A stretch of DNA of 44,948 nucleotides. Source: a virus. The notes below the pieces were generated by a model, which did not search any database, was not told where the DNA came from, and saw only the letters and a program-made list of their open reading frames with translations. The position numbers and the translations under genes are program-made. The stretch lies in the IMG/VR virus record IMGVR_UViG_3300033802_000183. One strand, given 5' to 3'. Shown in pieces: positions 22,320 to 31,135 of this stretch (position 1 is the first letter of the stretch; each line of letters starts with the position of its first letter).

Positions 22320-23629
22320 CTTCGATCTTGAAGCAGTTCATCAAGATAGTTTTGGTTGTTTAAATATAGGTCTGCAAGAAAACGATAACCGCTTGGTCCA
22401 ATATCTTTTATAATATTTTCTCGTTCTTCACGGAAAACTCTTTGAATCTCTTCAGGAGTCAATTGTTCCAATTGCGAAATATAGGCGGCGATTAGGTCAT
22501 TGGCGGTAGGTTCAGGTTCACCTTGTCTTGCAGCTACTGGATCAAATAAAGGAGTTCCCGGCGCTACTCCAGGTATCCCCGCAGGTGCGACACCTGTCAT
22601 TTCCCATTGACGATATAGATTATCTAATGCAGCTTGTCGTGCCAATCTGCCTTCCCTCGAATATTCTAGCCCGATCTGACTCTGACGCAATCTTAGTTCA
22701 TCTGCCATTGTTTTCGCTTGCAATGTCGGAGTACCGGCTGGAACACCAACAATTGCAGCTAAATCTTCAGGCACATAGCCAATCTTTTCAATTGTAGTCC
22801 AGGCATTGTCTAACAGTCTCTGTTGCTCCGCTGTCGTGGGTACTACGTTTCCGTTTTCGTCAACAATAGTTCCTGTTAACCTTGCTCTTTGTGCTTGTTC
22901 TTGCAAGCCGAACTGACGATCTGCTTGTCTGACTCCTTCTTGGAATTGACGGTATGCAAAAGCATCCTGCCAGTTTTGACGATTCATATCGCCCAACGTT
23001 CCGGCGAGACCCAAAATGGCTTGATTTTGCCGTTCTTGCGCTGCGCGTTGATCTAAATATTCCTGATACTTCTGATTAATCAATTCCGGCAACAACTGCG
23101 TATTGGCGATATTCGTGACGTTCTGTTGTTGCGCTAATGCGGCGGTTACGGCGGATTGCGAATTTCCTATGCCTCGCCTTCCCAAATTCACTAAAGCCTG
23201 GTTGGTGTTTCTTTCTGCGGATTGCTCGAGTTCTCTTAATCGGGCCTGATAACGCGGGTCTTGAGTGAGTTCTTCCACGTTATAGGTAAACGGTTGAATC
23301 GGTTGTGTAATATTCGTTCTGTACTGATTTAGTAGATCGAACTGCCCTTGACGCAAAAACTGGTCCATTTCACTACCTGCGTAGGAACCTTTATCTGTTC
23401 TCATTTTCGGCAGTGTGGAAGTTGTTGTTTGGCTTGTCGTTGGTTGAGAAGCAGGCCGATTTACGGAAACAAGTCTTGCAGTGAAATTTGGTTGATTAGG
23501 CTGGTTTTGCGGCCTTAAACTGGCCAAAATTTCATTGTATCGCTGCATATTCTTTGGGTCGGTAGGTTTAATCCCTGCCCGGGCCTTTCTCTGCAACTCT
23601 CGTTCAATTTGTTCAGGCGTCATTGCCAT
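22316..23629 (-). CDS. Virion-associated protein (437 aa, Gln-rich)
   Basis: ORF translationally coupled to the giant gene (ATGA-type overlap). Confidence 0.6.
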   Translation of the reverse strand: MAMTPEQIERELQRKARAGIKPTDPKNMQRYNEILASLRPQNQPNQPNFTARLVSVNRPASQPTTSQTTTSTLPKMRTDKGSYAGSEMDQFLRQGQFDLLNQYRTNITQPIQPFTYNVEELTQDPRYQARLRELEQSAERNTNQALVNLGRRGIGNSQSAVTAALAQQQNVTNIANTQLLPELINQKYQEYLDQRAAQERQNQAILGLAGTLGDMNRQNWQDAFAYRQFQEGVRQADRQFGLQEQAQRARLTGTIVDENGNVVPTTAEQQRLLDNAWTTIEKIGYVPEDLAAIVGVPAGTPTLQAKTMADELRLRQSQIGLEYSREGRLARQAALDNLYRQWEMTGVAPAGIPGVAPGTPLFDPVAARQGEPEPTANDLIAAYISQLEQLTPEEIQRVFREERENIIKDIGPSGYRFLADLYLNNQNYLDELLQDRR

Positions 23630-23633
23630 ACGA

Positions 23634-23825
23634 TCACCCCATTTCTTCTATGGCTTTGTAGGCTTTTCTGAGACCTTCCAGATTCGTTTTGGCTATCTCT
23701 GCCCCTTGTGTGTCTCCTGCAGCTTCACAGGCAACTAAGTCCATTTCCAGAGAATAGATTTTAACAAGGTATTCTTTCAGTCTGTTTTTCCTCAACTGCT
23801 CTTTTTCTTTTTCAGACAGTTCCAT
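23634..23825 (-). CDS. 63-aa coiled-coil protein
   Basis: Track ORF 23634..23984 trimmed to the ATG at 23825 after AAAAGGAGG. The discarded part is antisense to the toxin-like cassette. Confidence 0.6.
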   Translation of the reverse strand: MELSEKEKEQLRKNRLKEYLVKIYSLEMDLVACEAAGDTQGAEIAKTNLEGLRKAYKAIEEMG

Positions 23826-23854
23826 GACGGACCTCCTTTTAAGGCAAAATAAAA

Positions 23855-23870
23855 ACACCCCGAAGGGTGT
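23855..23870 (-). terminator. ACACCC-N4-GGGTGT hairpin + U-tract (copy 1 of 3)
   Basis: The minus strand reads ACACCC-TTCG-GGGTGT followed by TTTTTATTTT. Confidence 0.65.
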
Positions 23871-23873
23871 ATA

Positions 23874-23882
23874 TGGTATAAT
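23874..23882 (+). promoter_or_regulatory. Extended -10 promoter element TGgTATAAT
   Basis: Perfect TATAAT at 23877-23882 with TG at 23874-23875. No good -35. Confidence 0.55.
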
Positions 23883-23940
23883 ATGGTTGTACAACCGCTT
23901 GTGGTGGGTAAGGCGAACCTCCAGAAAGGAGGGGATGCCT

Positions 23941-24021
23941 ATGGACATTTCGTTCGGCGAATTAATAGCGTTCGGAATATTCATTCTGGCGCTGTTAACT
24001 TACATCGAAAAACGAAAGTAA
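23941..24021 (+). CDS. 26-aa hydrophobic peptide resembling type I / holin-like toxins
   Basis: MDISFGELIAFGIFILALLTYIEKRK. GGAGG SD 8 nt upstream. Single TM helix plus a KRK tail. Own promoter and terminator. Confidence 0.6.
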   Translation: MDISFGELIAFGIFILALLTYIEKRK

Positions 24022-24097
24022 CCCACCGCTAGTCAGGCCGTGTGGGTTACTTCGCAAGGACAAATCTTAGGAGGTTACCCGCCCAAGAGTTGTACAG

Positions 24098-24126
24098 GAG
24101 AGGTATTGGCCGTACCTCTCTGTTTT
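24098..24126 (+). terminator. Rho-independent terminator of the toxin-like cassette
   Basis: GAGAGGTA-ttggccg-TACCTCTC followed by TGTTTT. Confidence 0.7.
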
Positions 24127-24178
24127 AGTTTACGCTTGATTTACTTTTATGATACCATGAAACGTTGGATTTGTCATG

Positions 24179-24724
24179 TTATTGTTGGGACTCAAGTTGT
24201 TGTTTAAGCTGCTCCAATTCTTCCAATTGATTTTCAAGTTCGGCTTTTTCTTCATTCCAAGTATCAATGAATTGTTGTTGAGTAGAATTAGCGTTTTTAA
24301 TTAAGTAATCAACTAATTGGATACGCATTTTAACAACATTAATTTCTTCGTTAACGCTTTCTAAAGAGGGAAGTTTTTCTTCCATAGGCCCTTCACCAAC
24401 TTCTTTTTGTTCATCTTTTGGTTGCGGTTCTGTCTGCACTGTTTCAATTTCTTCCGGAATGTTTGGCTCTGATTGATTTAATTCAATCGTGCGTGTATCC
24501 GCTTTGTACGTTACATCGTAACCAAGCAAATTTCCTATTTCCCTAAGCGGGATATAGGTTGTTCCTTGATAAACCAGCGGATCGGATTGAAGTTGCTTAT
24601 ATTCTCCATTCACTATGATGTTAAATTTTGAAATGGTAGCTTCAATCGTTTCGCTTTGAGCAGCAACGATGCTGACCGAACCAATTATTAAACCTAGCAT
24701 AAGTGCTAGAATTATTTTTTTCAT
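24179..24724 (-). CDS. Secreted protein with a stalk (copper-amine-oxidase-N-like) domain and an acidic coiled-coil tail; moron inside the tail module
   Basis: Signal peptide MKKIILALMLGLIIGSVSIVAAQS. YQGTTYIPLREIGNLLGYDVTY matches the stalk motif of 12729..13724. Confidence 0.75.
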   Translation of the reverse strand: MKKIILALMLGLIIGSVSIVAAQSETIEATISKFNIIVNGEYKQLQSDPLVYQGTTYIPLREIGNLLGYDVTYKADTRTIELNQSEPNIPEEIETVQTEPQPKDEQKEVGEGPMEEKLPSLESVNEEINVVKMRIQLVDYLIKNANSTQQQFIDTWNEEKAELENQLEELEQLKQQLESQQ

Positions 24725-24752
24725 GGCATTCTTTCCTTTCGTTTTTTCTTCA

Positions 24753-24781
24753 AGAATACCATATTTTCACATTTTAGTGAA
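24753..24781 (-). promoter_or_regulatory. Candidate promoter TTCACT-17-TATTCT with TGg extension for the moron gene
   Basis: On the minus strand, -35 is at 24781-24776 and -10 at 24758-24753, with TG at 24761-24760. Confidence 0.4.
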
Positions 24782-25529
24782 CATCTACGATAAACCCGCG
24801 CCAGACAACGATTTCGTTCGCAGTTGATAAGTCTATTGTGTCTGTAAATATTGCAGGCGGTTCGTCAGCTTTATTATCCAAGGCTTGTTGTAAGGTTTCT
24901 CCATTGTCGATATTATAAAGTTTACCCCAATTTTTGATCCTGATATTTCCGTTTGGAAGTAAATTCAAATTATTATCAGGCCAGATATTTATATTTACGC
25001 CGGGCGTTGTTAACAAGTAGAAATCGCCTAACGAAGTGAGAGCAATAGCCCCTCTTTCGTTTTCAACAAACAAAAGGGCAGGATTTCCGTCGTAGTCTGC
25101 CGAAATAACAATTTGATCTGTATCGTTCCCTGCTCTTAACAAACTTCCTGAGCTTGACAATTCAATTCTTGCAGATGAATTTTCAGACTGAAGTAAAAAT
25201 CTCGTTGCCACAATATACCCACTCTCATACACCCTGAACGCAGCCAATTCACGGTTTGCATTCCCGGCCCATATGCGTAGATCATCTCCACCGGTAATTA
25301 GGGAAGATAATCCCACCACGCCGTTTGCGGATTCCAACGATGTGAGACTGACCAGATACCCCCCGATTTCCCTTGTATTTTTGGAATCCAGTTTTCCGTT
25401 AATCAGCCAGTCCAATTCATTTAAGACTTTTGCCATGATGTTGGCTAAATCATGAGTGTATTGCCTTAAAATCGCCGGGTCATTGGACGGCGGCGGCGCA
25501 GGGATTCTCGGTGCGCTCCATATGCTCAT
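24774..25529 (-). CDS. Tail fiber/needle-like protein
   Basis: 251 aa in the tail module, with an ELDWLINGKLDSKNTREIGG motif seen in Firmicutes phage tail proteins (from memory). Confidence 0.55.
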   Translation of the reverse strand: MSIWSAPRIPAPPPSNDPAILRQYTHDLANIMAKVLNELDWLINGKLDSKNTREIGGYLVSLTSLESANGVVGLSSLITGGDDLRIWAGNANRELAAFRVYESGYIVATRFLLQSENSSARIELSSSGSLLRAGNDTDQIVISADYDGNPALLFVENERGAIALTSLGDFYLLTTPGVNINIWPDNNLNLLPNGNIRIKNWGKLYNIDNGETLQQALDNKADEPPAIFTDTIDLSTANEIVVWRGFIVDVH

Positions 25530-25539
25530 AGGTTTCCTC

Positions 25540-26949
25540 CTATCTTAACGGATTATATTGTTCGTCCCAAGTCAATTCATATAGCGTCATTGGTCCGGTT
25601 CCAGCTAATTTAAACCGAATATACCGTTCAAAATCGACTTTTGCGTTAGACTGTAAATAGATCGGTGTGCTGGATACGTCGCTTGACGAACTGAGAGAAT
25701 GTACAAGCGTCCAATCGCTGTCCCCTTGCGACTGACTGCTCAAATACAAATTAAACGTCGATCCTGAGGGCAAATTCACAGTGATCCACGCGGTTAACCA
25801 ACGGATAATTTGCGCCAAAGAAGGCGCCGTCATCGGACCTGAGATCCATTCCCATGAAATTGGAGTGCCGTTATCATCGGTTCCGGTGATTTGTTGGACT
25901 TTACCCGTATTGTCACCAAAATATAAACTCCCTTGCACCAAAGCAAAGTGTAAGGGATACATATCCTTCCAGACATACCATGTGCCGCCTTCATTTTCGT
26001 TGTGTTCCGGGTCATAGACTAGTACTGTATCCGGCGCGGATGCTCCCGCGCTTGGAATGGAAATATAGATTCTTAATCCATCCGTACCGATACAAGACTG
26101 ATTCGCGGCGGATTTGTTCATGGTGTCGATATAATATTGAACTCGTTTGGAGAAATATTTATCCGGCAGCGTTCCTCCGGAATAACGGTAAATCCCCGTG
26201 GAGTCGATCATATACAGAATTCCGTTTAACGTGACCATGCTTTGATCATTCAAAGAACCAATATCAAACGTCACCGGGCGGATTTCATAATCCGAAGGCG
26301 CATAGCCGAACAATTCATGCATGGAACTGGGTTTCGTGATGACGAGTTTGGATAACCCTCCATGGATACCGTTGATTTCCTCTCCGTCCGGTGTTTCAAT
26401 GATCGCATACCATGAGTCCGTATCTTGTTCGGGAACGGAAACGGTTGTCCAGTCTGTTCCGTCGCGGTAAGCGGAGGCTTTTAGTTCATTCCCCACCGCG
26501 CACCAAAGCCGATCCGCAAACTGCGTGACGTATTTTGCACCAGCTGGAGCATCGGGAACCGTAACCACAGAAACGCCGTCATATCGTCGCATTTGATCAA
26601 CGCCGTTGGTGCCGAACAGATTGATGTCCGATAAAGCGCCTTTGAAATTGGTAAACGTCCACGGCGCAGAAGTATTTAGCCCGCTTGCTAAGGTTGTCCA
26701 TGAACTCCCGTTCCATTTTCGCCATGTTCCGTCACTGAATACCGCGTGAATCTCGGTTTCCTTCCATACGCCAATCCCTAAAACCTTTCCCCCAATTCCC
26801 CCGCCTAAATTTAAAAATCCCGGACGGGTTTTCACCGCCGGGAAATTTTCTCCGGAAAGATTCTTTAATTCTGCGGCGTACATGGTTCCTATGGAGAAGG
26901 AATCCAGTTTGTTCACGCCTTTGAAGGTGTTTAAGACTTTCAGTGGCAA
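25540..26949 (-). CDS. Tail hub/nozzle-like protein (469 aa, probably beta-rich)
   Basis: Called from its position between tailspike and fiber and a size similar to P22 gp10. The assignment is positional only. Confidence 0.5.
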   Translation of the reverse strand: MPLKVLNTFKGVNKLDSFSIGTMYAAELKNLSGENFPAVKTRPGFLNLGGGIGGKVLGIGVWKETEIHAVFSDGTWRKWNGSSWTTLASGLNTSAPWTFTNFKGALSDINLFGTNGVDQMRRYDGVSVVTVPDAPAGAKYVTQFADRLWCAVGNELKASAYRDGTDWTTVSVPEQDTDSWYAIIETPDGEEINGIHGGLSKLVITKPSSMHELFGYAPSDYEIRPVTFDIGSLNDQSMVTLNGILYMIDSTGIYRYSGGTLPDKYFSKRVQYYIDTMNKSAANQSCIGTDGLRIYISIPSAGASAPDTVLVYDPEHNENEGGTWYVWKDMYPLHFALVQGSLYFGDNTGKVQQITGTDDNGTPISWEWISGPMTAPSLAQIIRWLTAWITVNLPSGSTFNLYLSSQSQGDSDWTLVHSLSSSSDVSSTPIYLQSNAKVDFERYIRFKLAGTGPMTLYELTWDEQYNPLR

Positions 26950-26964
26950 ATGATCACCTTCTTT

Positions 26965-28332
26965 CTAATTCCCTGTCAATGTCCTCATCTCTAACCATGT
27001 TGCCGGGTCTCCTGCGACTGTACAAAGCCAACCTTGAACTACATACTTACTTCCGGCGTTTCCTAATTCCGTAGGCGCATCATTCCAAACAATATCCCCG
27101 ACTTTATACGTCCCGGTATAACCTTGTCCGGTGTTTGGCTTAACGTTGTTTGAAGCCCTCAAAAACCCATTGATGATTTCAAGCATTCTCCCACCCCGAA
27201 CATTCCGTCCGTCGATCAGGTATGACCTGTTATTTGCAGATTTCACCGTGACATTCCGTAATTCAAAAATCCCTGCGCCTGTGAAACCGTTATGTCCTTT
27301 CTCGATCACGACATTTTTTACAATGGCTCTTAAATTTACAGTATCTCTAATTTCTACAGTATTTGATGTATAAGTAGTTGCTGTATTGAACACATATAGG
27401 TCTTCAACGACAGGATCCAATCCGCTTAGGAAAAAGACATTAAATACATCTCCTAAAGGCTTACATTTTACTTTTTTAACGGTAATTCGTTCCGTGTTAT
27501 TTCCATAGAACATTTTCACTTGTAAATTTTCGTAAATGCAATCTTTGGAATTGGAAGATGCCATTTTGCACCATCCGGTGAGGTTTTGAACAATACATTC
27601 TGATGCATATTCGACATCAACTCCAAAATAAGCATTATCATCAGGCACATGAGGATTGATGATTTTCACTTTTTTACATGCGTCAGGATTTGTCGGAGAA
27701 GTGGTGACAGTAATACCCATGCGAGAATTGTTGTATGCATAGGGATTGATGATATTCACATTTTCACTGTTAACAGTATAAATTCCATCCCCTTCCCCCA
27801 TTCCATTAGGGTCGTATGTCATGCCATTGCCATGAGCGACTGGAGAATAAATGTCCGTGTTTGATTCCAAAACGATGCCGTGACCGTGATTGTCATGCGA
27901 ATTGACGCGAGCAAAACATTTGGTTCCGGTTTGCAATATGATGCCTATATCCCCTTTGGCTCCGGGAATGTTTGTTTTATTTCCGTCGATCTCTACATTT
28001 CCAAACAGAATTGAATTTTGGCCGGTTGTAATAAACGGACCTGTTCCCTCGATTCTAAAAAATTTCGCATTAAAAAAAATAACATGCACATTATCAGGAA
28101 ATGCAATTTGAGTCGCCGCATAAACACCCGGCGGAAAGGCGATAGGCCGACCATTAGCTGAATTAATTGCGTTTGCTATTGCTGCTGTATCGTCGGTTCC
28201 TGTTCCGGTTGAAGGATCGTAGTCGCCTTTTGCGCCGAATTCTTTGACGTTATAAATAATCCCTGACCATATTTTTTTGTTCCCTAGTTCACTGATTTGT
28301 TGATATATTTGCTCCGTTACTTTTGTGACCAC
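26965..28332 (-). CDS. Tailspike/depolymerase with a pectate-lyase-like right-handed beta-helix
   Basis: YNVKEFGAKGDYDPSTGTGTDDTAAIANAI is the classic Pectate_lyase_3 N-terminal signature. Confidence 0.8.
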   Translation of the reverse strand: MVTKVTEQIYQQISELGNKKIWSGIIYNVKEFGAKGDYDPSTGTGTDDTAAIANAINSANGRPIAFPPGVYAATQIAFPDNVHVIFFNAKFFRIEGTGPFITTGQNSILFGNVEIDGNKTNIPGAKGDIGIILQTGTKCFARVNSHDNHGHGIVLESNTDIYSPVAHGNGMTYDPNGMGEGDGIYTVNSENVNIINPYAYNNSRMGITVTTSPTNPDACKKVKIINPHVPDDNAYFGVDVEYASECIVQNLTGWCKMASSNSKDCIYENLQVKMFYGNNTERITVKKVKCKPLGDVFNVFFLSGLDPVVEDLYVFNTATTYTSNTVEIRDTVNLRAIVKNVVIEKGHNGFTGAGIFELRNVTVKSANNRSYLIDGRNVRGGRMLEIINGFLRASNNVKPNTGQGYTGTYKVGDIVWNDAPTELGNAGSKYVVQGWLCTVAGDPATWLEMRTLTGN

Positions 28333-28333
28333 A

Positions 28334-28903
28334 TTACCACCCCGATTCGGACATGATGGTTTTGACTTCCGGCGTGAAAGGATAGACTAAAGCGAGTTCT
28401 TCTTCCAACTGCTCATAATCCATTCTGAACTGCGCAGCCAAATCGAATTTTTGAACCGTTTCAGCTAAATGTTTGGCAAGTCCATAAACAAAAATGTCGT
28501 GATAATCCCCGTCTAAAGAAGGCGTTTGGCCAACACTGGTAAGGGATTCAGGGGATTCATACGCGTAAACGGTTAACGTTCCATCCGCTTTGGCTGCCGG
28601 ATAAATGCCTAGCAGAGTATCAAAAAAGAAATGATACCGGCTGGCGTCTGTCGTGGTTCCGATCAGTTTTTTGTTTGGATAAGACTCTCCATCCACCAAT
28701 ACGTCAAAGATTTTTGACGGAATAATACCCACGTCAATAAAAGACTGCCCTTCTAAAATCTCATAGTTGAACGCCGTGGGAATCTTATATTTCCTGTAAA
28801 GTCTCTTTTGAATGTTGTCGATAATCTTAATTTGCACTGTCACGTCTTCGTTGTTGGGGACTTTCAACTTTGCCCGATCGATAATCTCTTGTACCGTATA
28901 CAT
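28334..28903 (-). CDS. Head-tail adaptor/connector-like protein
   Basis: 189 aa. Called from its position after the capsid cluster. Confidence 0.5.
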   Translation of the reverse strand: MYTVQEIIDRAKLKVPNNEDVTVQIKIIDNIQKRLYRKYKIPTAFNYEILEGQSFIDVGIIPSKIFDVLVDGESYPNKKLIGTTTDASRYHFFFDTLLGIYPAAKADGTLTVYAYESPESLTSVGQTPSLDGDYHDIFVYGLAKHLAETVQKFDLAAQFRMDYEQLEEELALVYPFTPEVKTIMSESGW

Positions 28904-28911
28904 ACGATCAC

Positions 28912-29145
28912 CTAATACAGCGCCACAATGTTTGTAGCCGTGGTTCCGGTGGCATAGACTCTTTTGACGGACAGTTCATGGAAACCCACTCCGATCGAAG
29001 AAAACGTTACAGTGGAACCGTCAGCCATATCTACCTTCAAATCCCCGGACGTGCCGATGTATAAAGCTTTGGTTTCTCTTATCGTCCCTGTATCGCTGGG
29101 TGTGACGTTGAAGGCCCCTCTGAAAGACTCCTGAACGACTCTCAT
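28912..29145 (-). CDS. Hypothetical structural protein
   Basis: 77-aa ORF with an ATGA overlap to the upstream micro-ORF. Confidence 0.55.
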   Translation of the reverse strand: MRVVQESFRGAFNVTPSDTGTIRETKALYIGTSGDLKVDMADGSTVTFSSIGVGFHELSVKRVYATGTTATNIVALY

Positions 29146-29318
29146 TGCATTTCCTCCTTCTTGCGGCGTTTTCGTTTTATGTCAACAGTTTCCTGATTGT
29201 TTTCGCTCGTTAATTTTCTAAGTAACTGATTTTGTTCGATCAATAACTCTCGGATGTCGTAAAGCAACTTTCTGTCAGGTGTGTTTAAACTTCCCTTAAT
29301 TTGATTCTCCGTAAACAT
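29142..29318 (-). CDS. 58-aa hypothetical protein (hand-called)
   Basis: MFTENQIKGSLNTPDRKLLYDIRELLIEQNQLLRKLTSENNQETVDIKRKRRKKEEMQ, with a GGAGGGAA SD. Confidence 0.5.
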   Translation of the reverse strand: MFTENQIKGSLNTPDRKLLYDIRELLIEQNQLLRKLTSENNQETVDIKRKRRKKEEMQ

Positions 29319-29341
29319 AGGTTCCCTCCTTATGTAGAGAA

Positions 29342-29362
29342 AGGGAGCCGTTAAGACTCCCT
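29342..29362 (-). terminator. Hairpin AGGGAG-N9-CTCCCT after the capsid cluster
   Basis: 6-bp stem. The minus strand continues TTTCTCT and the plus strand continues TTTTT. Confidence 0.4.
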
Positions 29363-29369
29363 TTTTGCG

Positions 29370-29687
29370 TTAAGATAATACTTTGACTTTCCAATCTCCG
29401 CTCGCCAAGTCGATTGCCCCGGCTGTGGGATTGTACAAGACTACGGTTACGGTATCAGCTGCAGTCACGCTGGCGGACATTACTAATCCTTGCAAATCAT
29501 ACGGGGGAGCTACCAAACAGTAGTCCCCCAATACTGCACCTTCTACGGTGATGGTAAAAGTGATAGAAGCTCCTGCCCCCACAGAAGCAGGATCAACGGT
29601 TGCGGTTGCGTTTAAAACTTTTGCAAATAAAGTTTCAGCCTGACTGTCCCGGCCTAATCCGATGGCATCAAAATTGGTTTGTCCCAT
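29370..29687 (-). CDS. Hypothetical capsid-associated protein (105 aa, beta-rich)
   Basis: Directly downstream of the major capsid gene. Confidence 0.55.
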   Translation of the reverse strand: MGQTNFDAIGLGRDSQAETLFAKVLNATATVDPASVGAGASITFTITVEGAVLGDYCLVAPPYDLQGLVMSASVTAADTVTVVLYNPTAGAIDLASGDWKVKVLS

Positions 29688-29698
29688 GTTATCCCTCC

Positions 29699-30718
29699 TT
29701 AGATGGACAACACAGTGCCTAAACCAGGATCGACTTTACAAATGGCTCGCCAGTTGTTGGGTGCGGCTCCGTAACGGGCACGGCCTTTAAACACGTTGTT
29801 GTCGGTGTTTTCGTCGATGTAAGACTTCACCGTGAGCGGAACCCGTTCCAGCCACACCAACCCGGCGTAATATTCGTTAAATTTGGAGTCCATCAGATAC
29901 CATGTGTCCGTTCCGGGAGTGATTCCAGGAGTGTTTTGCAGATACGGGCTCATGATGACGTTCCAGCGGCCATATTGGATGTTAAACGAATGGTTTGCAG
30001 TTCCCGGCGCACCGTCTTCGGCCCCGATAGCGTCAAAGACTAGTTTCTTGATCCGTGCGTTCGACGGAATAATGATGGTATCCGGCATGATGTTCAAGAT
30101 ATTCCCATCATCGTCCGTGAATTTCTGCATGGCTTCTTCCACGCGGCACAGTGCGTCATAAGAAAATTCATTGCCGAAGTAGTTCGACTGCACTCCGGTA
30201 TTTCCGGTTTTGGACGGATGGTCTGTTGCAAAAAGAGGTTTTCCGTCTGCAGCCGAAATGTCGAACACACGGTTGTTTTTGCCAAATGTCATCGTTGTAG
30301 AAGAGCCGTTGTTTAAGATCGCGGCAGCGAGTTTTTCCCGTCCGCGGTTATACGAGAGCGTAAATTGCCCGGCTCTCTGCTTCACTTTCCCCATTTTGGC
30401 GTCTTCGATCATCGTCAAAGTGACTTCAAACGAGTTTTTCCACTCTTCCGGTTCAATAACTTTGCTGTATCCTTCCTGGAACGAGTTCCGGGGATACGCT
30501 CCGCCTTCGCCCACAGCTTCAAAGTCTCCCAAGGACGTTTCATAGCTGTATTTTTCTGCGAAATTATTGGTTTCGTCTTTGTAGAACACGTTGTCAATGA
30601 TCGAATATTGTTGGAACGCTTCAATTTGCTGTTCGATGAACAGTTTAATCGGTTCTTGAGACTTGCCGAATACGCTGTCGTTTAATCCCGATGCTTTGTT
30701 AAACACTATTCCTGCCAT
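29699..30718 (-). CDS. Major capsid protein
   Basis: 339 aa, downstream of the scaffold gene, with typical size and position. The family was not resolved. Confidence 0.75.
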   Translation of the reverse strand: MAGIVFNKASGLNDSVFGKSQEPIKLFIEQQIEAFQQYSIIDNVFYKDETNNFAEKYSYETSLGDFEAVGEGGAYPRNSFQEGYSKVIEPEEWKNSFEVTLTMIEDAKMGKVKQRAGQFTLSYNRGREKLAAAILNNGSSTTMTFGKNNRVFDISAADGKPLFATDHPSKTGNTGVQSNYFGNEFSYDALCRVEEAMQKFTDDDGNILNIMPDTIIIPSNARIKKLVFDAIGAEDGAPGTANHSFNIQYGRWNVIMSPYLQNTPGITPGTDTWYLMDSKFNEYYAGLVWLERVPLTVKSYIDENTDNNVFKGRARYGAAPNNWRAICKVDPGLGTVLSI

Positions 30719-30730
30719 GCTCTCAACTCC

Positions 30731-31123
30731 TTATCGTTTGAAATATCCTCTGACGGTTGAAGGATTGGCCCCGTCGGTTTGGGAAATTAAAAAGACTCCG
30801 TTGGTCGTTGTCGTGGTGACCTGGAGTCCGTCGGTGTGAATCGTGACTTTTGTACCTACACCAGTGTTTGCGATCTGCCCGGTGCAGGGCACTTCCCATT
30901 CTCTTTCATCGTCAAGCCGCACAACCGGAATCCTGACGTTGGTCCCGGCTGCGGCTGATGCCATTGCAATAAATTCCGGATCGTCGGTTCCCGAAGCCAA
31001 AGTCAGGCGACCGTTGACCATTTTCAGCGTTTCGCCCAACGTCACGGCTTCGGAATCCGTCATATAGAGATATTCAAACGGGTCACTGGCCCCGTCCAAA
31101 CTTTTCACAGGTAAAAATGCCAT
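30731..31123 (-). CDS. Head decoration/cement-like protein (DUF2190-like, tentative)
   Basis: 130 aa, between the scaffold and capsid genes. Confidence 0.45.
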   Translation of the reverse strand: MAFLPVKSLDGASDPFEYLYMTDSEAVTLGETLKMVNGRLTLASGTDDPEFIAMASAAAGTNVRIPVVRLDDEREWEVPCTGQIANTGVGTKVTIHTDGLQVTTTTTNGVFLISQTDGANPSTVRGYFKR

Positions 31124-31135
31124 TCTTCAAACCTC

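Noticed and set aside
23826-23984. N-terminal extension of track ORF 23634..23984.
   Set aside because: It has no SD, runs antisense through the toxin-like ORF and across a terminator hairpin. The ATG at 23825 has AAAAGGAGG upstream.
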